Source: an uncultured Gemmatimonadales bacterium (GTDB taxonomy: Bacteria > Gemmatimonadota > Gemmatimonadetes > Gemmatimonadales > GWC2-71-9). Taken from it: DNA of 64,000 bases. Below the pieces are notes generated by a model. The model did no database searches, was not told where the DNA came from, and worked only from the letters and a program-made list of their open reading frames with translations. Positions 47,961-57,413 of the stretch are shown here, in pieces (positions within the stretch are counted from its first letter, which is position 1; every line of letters starts with the position of its first letter). The position numbers and the translations under genes are program-made. The stretch covers positions 1,440,001 through 1,504,000 of the forward strand of contig CAWHFW010000005.1 in assembly GCA_963828735.1 (NCBI GenBank). The letters are read 5' to 3'.

Positions 47961-49104
47961 GCCCGCGCTCGGCTCGGCCCTCATGCTGGTCGCGGCCACC
48001 GTCGCCGCGTGCAGCGGCGGCTCGCGCCGGAGCGATCCCGGCGACAGCACCACAACCTCAGCGGGCCAGGTCGGCACGGTCGAGCTCGACACCGCGCAAC
48101 GCTCGCGGATTCACGTAGAGAAGGTCGCGCCAGAGACCTACAGGGCCAGCGTCACCACCACCGGCACGGTGGCCTTCAACGGCGACCGATCCACCCAGGT
48201 GATCGCGCCCATCTCGGGCCCGGTCTCGCGGATCCTGGTGTCGCCTGGGGCCCGAGTGGAGCGCGGGCAGCCGCTCGCGATCGTGTCGTCGCCGGACTTC
48301 GCCGAGGCGGTCGCCTCCTACCGCAAGGCCGAGGGCGCGTGGCGGAACGCGTCGCGCATCGCCAGCCTGGACGAGCAGTTGTTCGCCAACGACGCGCTGG
48401 CCCGGAGCGACCTCGACCAGGCCCGGACCGACCTGGCCGCGGCCACGGCGGATCGGGAGGCGGCGCTGTCGCAGCTCCGATCGCTGGGTCTCGACGAGAC
48501 GGCAATCGACGCCATTCGCGATGGCAAGTCGGTCTCGGCGGGCGAGAGTGCCGTCCGCGCGCCGATCGCCGGCACGGTGGTCGAAAAGCTCGTTACGCCC
48601 GGCCAGCTCCTGCAGGCGGGCGCCACGCCGTGCTTCACCATCGCCGATCTCTCCACGGTGTGGGTCATGGCCAACGTGTTCGAGAGCGACCTCGGCGCGG
48701 TCCGGCGCGGAGAGGCGGCCCTGATCACGACCAACGCGGCTCCCGACACCCTGCCCGGCCAGGTGGACTACGTCGCCGATCTGGTGGATCCGTCCACCAA
48801 GGCCACCGCCGTCCGCGTACTCGTACCGAACAAGGCGCGGCTGCTGCGGCGGGACATGCTCGTGCGGGTGACGATCCGGGGCCTCACGCCGAGCACCGGC
48901 CTCCTGGTACCGGTCGCGGCGGTGCTGCGGGACGACGAGAATCTCCCATACGTCTATGTGGCGTCGCCGGGCGGCTTCGCACGCCGGCGGGTGGACCTGG
49001 GCGGTCGGGTCGGTGACCGGTACGAGATCGCATCGGGGCTCGAGCCCGGCGAATCGGTAGTGACCGACGGGGCGCTCTTTCTCGAAGGCGCGTCCACCCA
49101 GTGA
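47950..49104 (+). CDS. RND efflux periplasmic adaptor (CzcB-like lipoprotein)
   Basis: Lipobox VAAC; APISGPV...GARVERGQPL, RAPIAGTVV, IADLSTVWV, GLEPGESVVTDGA. Confidence 0.9.
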   Translation: MTDKPALGSALMLVAATVAACSGGSRRSDPGDSTTTSAGQVGTVELDTAQRSRIHVEKVAPETYRASVTTTGTVAFNGDRSTQVIAPISGPVSRILVSPGARVERGQPLAIVSSPDFAEAVASYRKAEGAWRNASRIASLDEQLFANDALARSDLDQARTDLAAATADREAALSQLRSLGLDETAIDAIRDGKSVSAGESAVRAPIAGTVVEKLVTPGQLLQAGATPCFTIADLSTVWVMANVFESDLGAVRRGEAALITTNAAPDTLPGQVDYVADLVDPSTKATAVRVLVPNKARLLRRDMLVRVTIRGLTPSTGLLVPVAAVLRDDENLPYVYVASPGGFARRRVDLGGRVGDRYEIASGLEPGESVVTDGALFLEGASTQ

Positions 49105-52100
49105 GCGACATGCCGGACGTGCCGAGCCCGTCCACCACTACGCGCCGATCCTTCATCCACCGTATCGTCGCGCTTGCGCTCGCCCAGCCGGCGGTGGTGA
49201 TCGCCGGCGCCGCCGCCGCAGCGGCGGCCGGCGTGTGGGCGTTCTCACAGCTTCCGATCGACGCCTATCCAGACCTGTCGTCGCCGACGGTCGAGATCAC
49301 GACACAGTGGCCGGGCCACGCCGCCGAGGAAGTGGAGCGGCTCCTCACCGTGCCGATCGAGACCGAGATGAACGGGCTGCCGGGCCTGGACGTTGTCCGC
49401 TCGATCTCGTTGTACGGGCTGTCCGACGTCCGGCTTGTGTTCAAAGACGGCACCGACAACTACTTCGCGCGCGAGCGGGTGTTCGAGAAGCTGCGCGACG
49501 TGGACGTTCCCGACGGCGTTTCGCCCGACGTGGCCCCGCTGTTCTCCCCCTCCGGCCTGGTGTACCGCTACGTCCTGCAGAGCCCCGACCGCTCCCCCAT
49601 GGAGCTCAAGACGATCCAGGACTGGGTGCTGTCGAAGGCCTACAAGGCCGTGCCCGGCGTCGCCGACCTGTCGGGGTTCGGGGGCCAGACGATGCAGTAC
49701 CAGGTCGTCCTCGATCCGACCCGGCTCGCCGGCGCGGGCCTCTCGGTTCCTGCGGTCGCCGAAGCGCTGGGCTCGAACAACGGCAACGCGGGTGGAGGAT
49801 TCTACTCCGAGGGTGGGCAGTTCTATTACGTGCGCGGCCTGGGGCGCCTCCAGGTGCCCGAAGACATCGGCAAGGTCGTCCTCGCCGTCAAGAATGGCAC
49901 GCCGATTCTCGTGCACGACGTCGGCCAGGTCGTCATCGGGTACGCACCTCGCCTCGGACAGTTCGGGTTCAACGACCAGCCAGACGCCGTCGAAGGCGTC
50001 GTGCTGATGCGCACCGGGGAGCAGGCGCAGACCGTGCTCAAGGGCGTCGAGGCCGAGACCGCGAGGCTCAACTCGACCGTGCTGCCCAAGGACGTGCGGG
50101 TCGTGCCGTTCTACGACCGGAGCGACTTGATCCGGCTGACCACGCGGACGGTCGAGGGAAACCTGCTCCGCGGGATCGTCCTGGTGATCGCCGTCCTCAT
50201 TTTCTTCCTGTTCGACTTCCGGGCGGGACTCATCGTCGCCGTGACGATTCCGCTGGCCCTGCTGATCGCGTTCATCTGCCTCGACCTGCGCGGTGTGCCT
50301 GCCAACCTGCTCTCCATCGGCGCCATCGATTTCGGGATCCTCGTGCATGGCGCCGTCGTGATGGTCGAGAACATCTACCGAAGTCTGGCTCGGCGATACG
50401 GAACCGTGTACTCCATCCGCGAGGTCATCGCGGAGGCGTCCGCGGAGGTGGACCGGCCGGTGGTCTACGCCATCGCGATCATCGTCGCGGGATTCCTTCC
50501 GATCTATACGCTCTCCGGGCCCGCGGGCCGGCTGTTTCGGCCCATGGCGGACACGACCATCTTCGCGCTCGCCGGCGCCCTGGCGATGACGCTGACGCTC
50601 GTCCCGGTGCTCTGCGCCGTGTTCCTCCGGGGTGGCGTGCACGAGCGGCGAAACGTCGTGTACGAAGCCGTGCTTTCGGCGTACGCTCGTGCCCTGGACC
50701 GCTGTCTCGCCTATCCTCGCGCCACCGTCCTCGCCTCGGTCGGGCTGTTCGCCGCGGCACTGCTGCTGACCAGCGGCATCGGTGCCGAGTTCATGCCCCA
50801 TCTCGACGAGGGCGCGCTCTGGGTCCGGGCGACCATGCCCGCGACCATCTCGCTCGAGGAGTCGTCCAAACTCGTGCCGCAGTTCCGCCGCATCCTCAAG
50901 AGCTTTCCCGAGGTCACGGTGGTCGCGTCCGAGCACGGGCGGCCGGACGACGGCACCAATCCCACCGGATTCTTCAATGCGGAGTTCTACGTCGGCCTCA
51001 AGCCCTACGGCGATTGGCACGGCCGCTTTCACAGCAAGCCCGAGCTCATCGACGCCATGAACCAGAAGCTCTCCGTCTTTCCCGGCGTGAGCTTCAACTA
51101 CACCCAGCCCGCGGAGGATGCCGTCGACGAGGCCGAGACCGGGCTCAAGAGCGCGTTGGCGGTGAAGGTATTCGGTCCGGACCTCCAGGTGCTGGAGGCC
51201 AAGGGGCGGGCGATCGAACGGGTGCTGCACCGGGTGCCCGGCATGAGCCGGATTACCGTGGTGGAAGAGCTGGGTCAGCCCAGTCTCACACTCACCATCG
51301 ATCGCGACCGGATCGCGCGCTATGGCATCAACGTGGCCGACGTGAACGCCCTGATCGAGGCGGCAGTCGGCGGCGTCGCCGCGACCTCGGTGGTGCAGGG
51401 CGAGAAGTCGTTCGACCTGGTGGTCCGGCTGGAGCCCCGGTTCCGGGAGACGCCGGAGCAGATCGGCGAGATCCTCGTCGCGGCCCCGGACGGGCAACAG
51501 ATTCCGCTCCGGGAGCTCGCGACCATCGGTGTAAACAGCGGCGCGTCGTTCATCTACCGCGAGGACAACTCGCGGTATATCGGCGTGCAGTTCGCCGTGG
51601 AGGGACGGGATCTCGCGGGCACCGTGCAGGAAGCGCAGCGCGAGGTCCGGGCGGCTGTGCCCCTGCCGCCGGGGTATCAGGTAGTCTGGGGTGGGGAGTA
51701 CGAGGAGTACACCGCGTCGCGGACCCAGCTCGCGGTGGTGCTGCCGCTCACGGTCGCGCTCATCTTCGTGCTGCTGTTCGCCCTCTACCGGAACTTCAGC
51801 TTTCCACTGATCACGGTGATCGGGGTGGTGCTTTCCGCTCCCGTCGGCGGATTCCTCGCCCTCGCCCTCACCGGGACTCCGTTCTCGGTGTCGTCCGGCA
51901 TCGGCTTCCTGGCGCTGTTCGGAGTGTCGGTGCAAACCGCGGTGGTGTACATCTCCCACGCCAACGAGCTTCGCCAAGGCGGTGTGGCCATCGCCACGGC
52001 CGTGCATGAAGCCGCGCTGAACCGGTTGCGGCCCATCATGATGACGGCGCTGGTCGCCGCTTTGGGACTGCTCCCGGCGGCCGTGTCCACCGGCGTCGGG

Positions 52101-52229
52101 TCCGACTCGCAGCGCCCGTTCGCGATGGTCATCGTAGGCGGGCTGTTCTCACGACTCCTCATCAGCGTGTTCCTGATGCCCGTGCTCTATGCGTACGTCG
52201 CCAGGGAGAATGACCGGCTGGAGGTGTGA
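49101..52229 (+). CDS. CusA/CzcA family heavy-metal efflux RND transporter
   Basis: LPIDAYPD, AEEVER, SLYGLS, ANLLSIGAIDFG, LFRPMA, EFMPHLDEG, RLRPIMMTALVA, QRPFA. Confidence 0.93.
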   Translation: MSDMPDVPSPSTTTRRSFIHRIVALALAQPAVVIAGAAAAAAAGVWAFSQLPIDAYPDLSSPTVEITTQWPGHAAEEVERLLTVPIETEMNGLPGLDVVRSISLYGLSDVRLVFKDGTDNYFARERVFEKLRDVDVPDGVSPDVAPLFSPSGLVYRYVLQSPDRSPMELKTIQDWVLSKAYKAVPGVADLSGFGGQTMQYQVVLDPTRLAGAGLSVPAVAEALGSNNGNAGGGFYSEGGQFYYVRGLGRLQVPEDIGKVVLAVKNGTPILVHDVGQVVIGYAPRLGQFGFNDQPDAVEGVVLMRTGEQAQTVLKGVEAETARLNSTVLPKDVRVVPFYDRSDLIRLTTRTVEGNLLRGIVLVIAVLIFFLFDFRAGLIVAVTIPLALLIAFICLDLRGVPANLLSIGAIDFGILVHGAVVMVENIYRSLARRYGTVYSIREVIAEASAEVDRPVVYAIAIIVAGFLPIYTLSGPAGRLFRPMADTTIFALAGALAMTLTLVPVLCAVFLRGGVHERRNVVYEAVLSAYARALDRCLAYPRATVLASVGLFAAALLLTSGIGAEFMPHLDEGALWVRATMPATISLEESSKLVPQFRRILKSFPEVTVVASEHGRPDDGTNPTGFFNAEFYVGLKPYGDWHGRFHSKPELIDAMNQKLSVFPGVSFNYTQPAEDAVDEAETGLKSALAVKVFGPDLQVLEAKGRAIERVLHRVPGMSRITVVEELGQPSLTLTIDRDRIARYGINVADVNALIEAAVGGVAATSVVQGEKSFDLVVRLEPRFRETPEQIGEILVAAPDGQQIPLRELATIGVNSGASFIYREDNSRYIGVQFAVEGRDLAGTVQEAQREVRAAVPLPPGYQVVWGGEYEEYTASRTQLAVVLPLTVALIFVLLFALYRNFSFPLITVIGVVLSAPVGGFLALALTGTPFSVSSGIGFLALFGVSVQTAVVYISHANELRQGGVAIATAVHEAALNRLRPIMMTALVAALGLLPAAVSTGVGSDSQRPFAMVIVGGLFSRLLISVFLMPVLYAYVARENDRLEV

Positions 52230-52290
52230 GCCCTGTGCTCTTCGCCTGGAATTACCTAGACCGTCACTACGCGCGCGTGGCTGGAGCCGT

Positions 52291-52626
52291 TTGACCGTGC
52301 TCGCCCGGGTCCGCGCCTGGCTCCTTCTCGCGCTCTTCCTGGGCGCGGGCACCAGCCTGCCGAGCGCGGACGCGCTGCTGCACCACCAGCATCCCGAGCC
52401 GTTCCGGGTGCACTACGACCCGGCCGGCGGGTGCGCCGAGCACGCGGATCACTGCACGCTGGGCCGCACGCCGCCGGGCTCGAGGGCGGTGGCGCCGGTC
52501 ATGCTCGTGGTCCGTGTCGGACCGAACAAGCCGTCGCATGCCATCCGCACCCCGTCCGCGCAACTGTTCGATGCGCGGACCTCCTTCCTCCCTCCGTCCC
52601 GAGCTCCTCCGGCGCCGCCGATCTGA
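52291..52626 (+). CDS. DUF2946-like leader protein 2 (signal peptide, His/Cys cluster, C-terminal RAPP)
   Basis: RVRAWLLLALFLGAG...HHQH...HYD...CAEHADHC...PPSRAPPAPPI*; start TTG 52291 or GTG 52297. Confidence 0.72.
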   Translation: MTVLARVRAWLLLALFLGAGTSLPSADALLHHQHPEPFRVHYDPAGGCAEHADHCTLGRTPPGSRAVAPVMLVVRVGPNKPSHAIRTPSAQLFDARTSFLPPSRAPPAPPI

Positions 52627-52705
52627 CGGGACCTCCCGTCCGAACATCGCGGCTCCCCGGGCGCACCCATGCGCCGGGGTCATGCTCCCTGAACCGGAGG
52701 CTCGA

Positions 52706-54979
52706 ATGGTTACGCTGCTTCTGGCGGCGGCGCTTGCCGTCGCCGCGGGTCCGTCGCGGGCGGCGGCGCCCGCGCCTGCCGCCGTGCTCACCGGCACCGT
52801 CACCGACAGCGCCGGCGCCCCACTGGCCGACGTCCGAGTGCACGTGCCCGAGCTTGGGCGCGGAACGACCACCGACGCCGAGGGCAGGTTCACGCTGCCC
52901 CAAGTGCCGTCGGGCACCTACGAGGTTGCCTTCTCCCGCATCGGCTATGCTCCGCTCGTCCACCGAGTCACCGTCGGCGTTCAGCCCGTGATCCTCGCGG
53001 TGTCGATGCACTCCTCGGCCGTCGAGCTGCCGGAGGTGCAGGTGACGGCCACCCCGAATGCCACCACCGCGCTCACATCTCCCCAGCCGATCAGCATCCT
53101 CGATCATGACAACCTGCGGGTCGCGCAGGCGCCGTCGCTCGGCGAGACGATCAGCGGACTCGCCGGCGTCCACAGCATCAACCAAGGCCCGGCGATCGGG
53201 AAACCGGTCATCCGGGGCCTCAGCTCGAGCCGCGTCCTCGTGCTCGACAACGGCCAGCGCATCGAGACGCAGGGCTGGGGTGACGAGCACTCGCCCAACA
53301 TCGAGACGGCCGACGCCGAGCGGATCGAGGTCATCCGGGGGCCGGCGAGCGTGCTGTACGGCTCAGACGCGCTCGGTGGCGTGGTCAACGTGGTGAAACG
53401 CGACCTGCCGGACGCGATCGGGCGAGACCCGCTCTTCCGCGGCGCGCTTTCGGTCGCGTACAGCACGAACAACCAGCAACCCGAGGGGACCGCGCAGGTC
53501 GATGGGGCCACGGGCGGGCTCGGCTTCCGGGCGTCGGTCACCGGCAGGATGAGCGACGATTTCACCACCCCGGTAGGCGACGTGTTCAACACCGGCAACA
53601 GCGCGGTGGCCGGGAACGGCTCGGTGGGCTACCGCGGGAGCTGGGGGTCGGTGCGTGGTGACTTCGTGTACCGCGACGAGAAGCCGGAGCTTCACGACGA
53701 CGCAACAGCGACGCCATTCCAGCGCATCGGCGACACTCGCGCCGGAATCAGCGCCAACCTCCCGATCGGCCAGTCTCGCCTCGAGGTGATCACGGGGTTC
53801 GAGCGAAACCGCCGGCGGGAGTTCGAGGAGGCCGGCTCCGAGGAGGTGGCGTCTGGCCTGCTCGCCAGCAGCTTCAAGGCCGACGCCCGGTTCCATCACG
53901 AGCCCCTCGGCCGGCTCACCGGCCTCGTGGGCCTGCAGGCCTTCTTCGACGACTTCACCGTGTCCGGGGTGGACCAGCACCTGATCCCGAGCAATCAGGC
54001 ACGGAACGTCGGAGTTTACGCCTTCGAGCAGCTCGACATCGACCGCTGGACGCTCTCGTTCGGAGCTCGCTACGACTACCGCCGGCTGGACGTTACCGCG
54101 GACCCGCCACCGCCGATCGGCACGGGAACGCCCGCGCAGGCCCGCACGTACAGCTCAGTGGTCGGCAATTTCGGCGCGCTATTTCACGTGAGCGAGCCCG
54201 TCGCGCTGGTGGTCAACGTCGGACGCGGCTTTCGGGCACCGCAGCCGATCGAGCTGTTCGCCAACGGTGTGCACGAAGGGACGATCCAGTACAGCGTCGG
54301 GAACCCGGAGCTCGAGAACGAGACGTCGATCAACACCGACTTCGCTGTCCGGGTCCAGAGCGAGAGGGTGAGCGCCGAGCTCGGTGCGTTCGGTAACTTC
54401 ATCAACAACTACATCTACTTCCGGCCGACCGGGACGTATGACTCACCCTCGGGCGGGTTGGAAGATCCGTGCTCGAATCCCGACACGTTCTCCTGCTTCC
54501 AGAAGTTCCAGGCGGTTCAGGGCGACGCCCGCCTCGCCGGCTTCGAGTTCTCGGCCGAGTACCACCCGACGCCGTACCTGCACCTAAGCGGTACGGCGGA
54601 CTACACCCGCGGCCAGAACCGCTCCGTCGACCAGCCGCTCCCGCTGGTGCCGCCGTTCCGCGCGACCTACGGCGCGCGGTTCGAGGGCAAGGGCAACCGC
54701 ACCTTCCTGAATCCCTATGTGTCGGTGAGTGGCGAGACCAACGCGCAGCAGACGAAGCTCGATCCCGACGACTTCGCGCCTCCCGGATACACGCTGGCCA
54801 ACGCTGGCGCGGGAGTCGGACTGACCGCGGGCGCTCGGGTAGTCAATATCGACGTGACTCTCCGGAATGTATTCGACAAGGAGTACCAGACCTTCCTGAG
54901 CCGCTACAAGTTCGCGACGGATCCCATCGTCCTGGATCCGGGCCGTAACCTGACGATGCGCATCAGCACGGATTTCTGA
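52706..54979 (+). CDS. TonB-dependent receptor (likely divalent-metal uptake)
   Basis: GGAGG SD; carboxypeptidase-regulatory-like N domain; GKPVIRG, QGWGDEH, IEVIRGPASVLYGSDALGGVVNV, ELFANGVHEG, C-terminal F. Confidence 0.93.
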   Translation: MVTLLLAAALAVAAGPSRAAAPAPAAVLTGTVTDSAGAPLADVRVHVPELGRGTTTDAEGRFTLPQVPSGTYEVAFSRIGYAPLVHRVTVGVQPVILAVSMHSSAVELPEVQVTATPNATTALTSPQPISILDHDNLRVAQAPSLGETISGLAGVHSINQGPAIGKPVIRGLSSSRVLVLDNGQRIETQGWGDEHSPNIETADAERIEVIRGPASVLYGSDALGGVVNVVKRDLPDAIGRDPLFRGALSVAYSTNNQQPEGTAQVDGATGGLGFRASVTGRMSDDFTTPVGDVFNTGNSAVAGNGSVGYRGSWGSVRGDFVYRDEKPELHDDATATPFQRIGDTRAGISANLPIGQSRLEVITGFERNRRREFEEAGSEEVASGLLASSFKADARFHHEPLGRLTGLVGLQAFFDDFTVSGVDQHLIPSNQARNVGVYAFEQLDIDRWTLSFGARYDYRRLDVTADPPPPIGTGTPAQARTYSSVVGNFGALFHVSEPVALVVNVGRGFRAPQPIELFANGVHEGTIQYSVGNPELENETSINTDFAVRVQSERVSAELGAFGNFINNYIYFRPTGTYDSPSGGLEDPCSNPDTFSCFQKFQAVQGDARLAGFEFSAEYHPTPYLHLSGTADYTRGQNRSVDQPLPLVPPFRATYGARFEGKGNRTFLNPYVSVSGETNAQQTKLDPDDFAPPGYTLANAGAGVGLTAGARVVNIDVTLRNVFDKEYQTFLSRYKFATDPIVLDPGRNLTMRISTDF

Positions 54980-55045
54980 CGTGCCTTGCTTCATCGCGCG
55001 ACGTGGCCGAGCCGCACGACTTGAGGGCCGCTGTCCGCCTTGCCG

Positions 55046-56572
55046 TCAGCGGACCTTCTTCCAGCCGGGCAGGTAGGGCGGCACCAGCAGCGCAGTCCGC
55101 CGCAGCAGCTCGAGGTGGGACGCGACGATGTCCGCGAGCTGCTGCGCCGCGCAGAGATGTGCCTCGCGGAGGATGGCCGGAGGCTTCGCGGTGAGAACCA
55201 GCGCACCGTGGATGCGCCCGGCCACTCGAAGCGGCACGAGGAGGCGCGCTTCGTCCTCCACGAGCTGGAACGAGTTGGGCAGCTCGCCCAGAAGCACACG
55301 GGCCAGCGTCGTTCCCCCGACCGGAATCAGGGGCAGATCCGGCAGAGGCCGGCGCTCGCCGGGCTCCAGGAGCACCACGCGATCGCCCTCGCTCAGCCGG
55401 ATCGCGAAACGCATGTCGTCGAACGGCAGGATGCGCGCCGCCAGGTCCGCCACCCGGCGCGTCGTGTCGGCGAATTCGGTTCCGGTCGCGAGCATCTGCG
55501 CGGCGTCGAGGAGGCTCGGACCCGGAGGCGAAGACGCGACCGGCGGCTGAGCCGGTGACGCGGCCCCGACCAGCATCGTCACTTGCGCCGCGATCAGCCC
55601 ACCGACGCGTCGAAGCAACTCGGCGTCGACCTCACTGTACAGATCCGCGCCGATGCCGCCGGCGAGGAGATAGGCAACCAGCCCGCCCAGCCCGCAAACC
55701 CGCGTGCCCACCACGGCGCGGAGCTCCGCGCCGACCGGCTCCTCCACGGTGAAGTAGCCTCGAGGCCAGTGGGGATCCTGGTAGCTGTCCGCGATGACCA
55801 CCGTCTCGCGATCACCGAACAGCGCGGCGAGATCGAGGTGTTCGCGTCCGATGACGAGGGATGGGTCGGACCAGAGTGCCCCCGCCGAGTGCTCGCCCAG
55901 CCGGTAGGCGCGCGTCCCATTCGCGTCCGCCAGCAGAAGCTCGAGGTGATCGTGCGGCAGCACCTGGTCCAGCGCCCGCCCGAGCTCCGTGAGATAGAGC
56001 TGCGGCGAGCCGGCGTGCGCGCCGGCGTAGGCCACCGCGTCCACGAGCGCCGCGATGCGCGTCGCCTCAGGCGCGTGATCGGGCGAGGCACTCCACTGTC
56101 TCGCCATCCGCCCGAGCATCGGCGCGAGCCGCTGCGCGGCGACGTCGAGCAGGAGTCGCTCCTCCTCGCCGTACTGCTCAGGCCGCAGGTCCGCCGCGAG
56201 AACGAGCCCGACGTCGCGCCGGCCGGACCGAACCGGCGCGCACGCCACCGAGCCGTAGCCGGCCTCCCGCACGACGTCTTCCAGCAGCCCGACCTGCGAG
56301 CGCTCGAGCTGCGGGGTCGGCAGCGGAACCGAGAGGTCGTCCTGAGCCAGCGCCTCCGGGCCGAGCAGCACCGCGCCGCCGTGCAGCGGATAGAGCCAGA
56401 CTCCGAGCAGATCGTGCGGGAGGTCGGGGGCGAGCGCGTTTGAGAGCGCAGAGTGCCAGGTGGCGAGCGCGTCGGGATCGGCCAAGCCCTGCTCGGCCCG
56501 CAGCAGGGGCACGAGCGGTTCGCCCCTGGGTGCGGGGTCTGGATGGCGAGGACTTGGTGGATCCGGGGACAT
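55046..56572 (-). CDS. Multi-GAF-like domain protein without recognisable output domain
   Basis: Three repeats of LP(H/F)D.. followed by GAF-like xxP(L/V)R..GR..G(L/A)(L/V)L segments; start may be GTG 56512. Confidence 0.7.
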   Translation of the reverse strand: MSPDPPSPRHPDPAPRGEPLVPLLRAEQGLADPDALATWHSALSNALAPDLPHDLLGVWLYPLHGGAVLLGPEALAQDDLSVPLPTPQLERSQVGLLEDVVREAGYGSVACAPVRSGRRDVGLVLAADLRPEQYGEEERLLLDVAAQRLAPMLGRMARQWSASPDHAPEATRIAALVDAVAYAGAHAGSPQLYLTELGRALDQVLPHDHLELLLADANGTRAYRLGEHSAGALWSDPSLVIGREHLDLAALFGDRETVVIADSYQDPHWPRGYFTVEEPVGAELRAVVGTRVCGLGGLVAYLLAGGIGADLYSEVDAELLRRVGGLIAAQVTMLVGAASPAQPPVASSPPGPSLLDAAQMLATGTEFADTTRRVADLAARILPFDDMRFAIRLSEGDRVVLLEPGERRPLPDLPLIPVGGTTLARVLLGELPNSFQLVEDEARLLVPLRVAGRIHGALVLTAKPPAILREAHLCAAQQLADIVASHLELLRRTALLVPPYLPGWKKVR

Positions 56573-56585
56573 ACACTCCCCGGGG

Positions 56586-56600
56586 GCAGGAGGTATGCCG
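56586..56600 (-). promoter_or_regulatory. Possible sigma54 promoter for GAF gene
   Basis: CGGCATACCTCCTGC (GG-N10-GC) on minus strand with IHF-like CAA-N4-TTG at 56631-56640. Confidence 0.4.
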
Positions 56601-56757
56601 TCGGTAGCAGGTTGCGATGTCCATGGGCGGCAACAACTTGTGGCTTCTCGGCTGACGGTGTGGCACGCGTGAGCGCCTCGTTCGTGGCGTCCTGCCCGCC
56701 TCCGTTGCAGGCTGCTTCCGGGACGTCTGGAGGCGGAACCCTAGATAGGACGCCACG

Positions 56758-56787
56758 TTGACATACCCCTACCCCCTATATTAAGCT
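56758..56787 (+). promoter_or_regulatory. cop operon promoter with CsoR-type operator in the spacer
   Basis: TTGACA-N18-TAAGCT; ATACCCCTACCCCCTAT (C-tracts flanked by ATA/TAT). Confidence 0.65.
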
Positions 56788-56821
56788 CCCTTGCATCCCC
56801 TCTCGCCCCCGGAGCACGCGG

Positions 56822-57031
56822 ATGCGACATCTCACCCTCCATATCGAAGGCATGAGCTGCGGCCATTGCCTCAACGCGGTCAATCGAGCGCTCGCAGGGC
56901 TGCCTGGCATCGAGATCGAATCGGTCACCATCGGGCGGGCAAACTTGCGCTACGACGAGCGCACCATGGACTCCGAGCGCATCGAAGCCGCGGTCACCGA
57001 AGCGGGATATCGGGCCACGGGCGTGTCATGA
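56822..57031 (+). CDS. copZ: Copper chaperone (HMA domain)
   Basis: [15 protein letters not shown]; 69 aa. Confidence 0.9.
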   Translation: MRHLTLHIEGMSCGHCLNAVNRALAGLPGIEIESVTIGRANLRYDERTMDSERIEAAVTEAGYRATGVS

Positions 57032-57411
57032 CCACCGCGCAGCTCGCCGTCACGTTGTTGGGCCTCGCGGCCATCGCGTGGGTCAACTGGTACTTCTTCA
57101 TCGCCGGTCGTCGCGCGGTGACGGCAGACGTCGAGCGCGGCGGAGCCCAGCGCGTGCGCATCGAGGTGAAGGGCGGCTACACCCCCGCGGTAATTCGCGT
57201 CCGTGCCGGCTCTCCCGTCCGCCTCGATTTCCACCGCGACGAGACCAATCCCTGTACCGAGGAGGTCGTCCTTCCGGCCTTCGGAATTCGCACGTTTCTC
57301 CCGGCCCATCGAACCACGTCGGTGAGCTTCACGCCCGGCGAGGGGAAGTTCGAGTTCGCGTGCGGCATGGGCATGGTGCGAGGGACTATCGTCGCGGAGA
57401 AGGTCGAGTAG
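57028..57411 (+). CDS. Membrane-anchored cupredoxin-domain protein (CupA-like)
   Basis: ATGA overlap; N-terminal TM ending [20 protein letters not shown]. Confidence 0.88.
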   Translation: MTTAQLAVTLLGLAAIAWVNWYFFIAGRRAVTADVERGGAQRVRIEVKGGYTPAVIRVRAGSPVRLDFHRDETNPCTEEVVLPAFGIRTFLPAHRTTSVSFTPGEGKFEFACGMGMVRGTIVAEKVE

Positions 57412-57413
57412 AC

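Noticed and set aside
49235..52009. Very long alternative-frame and antisense ORFs (e.g. 49235..52009, 49245..52007, 5994..8762, 12668..15022, 42550..44877)
   Set aside because: Shadow ORFs expected in high-GC DNA; Arg/Pro/Gly-rich, no motifs, and fully overlapping well-supported genes.
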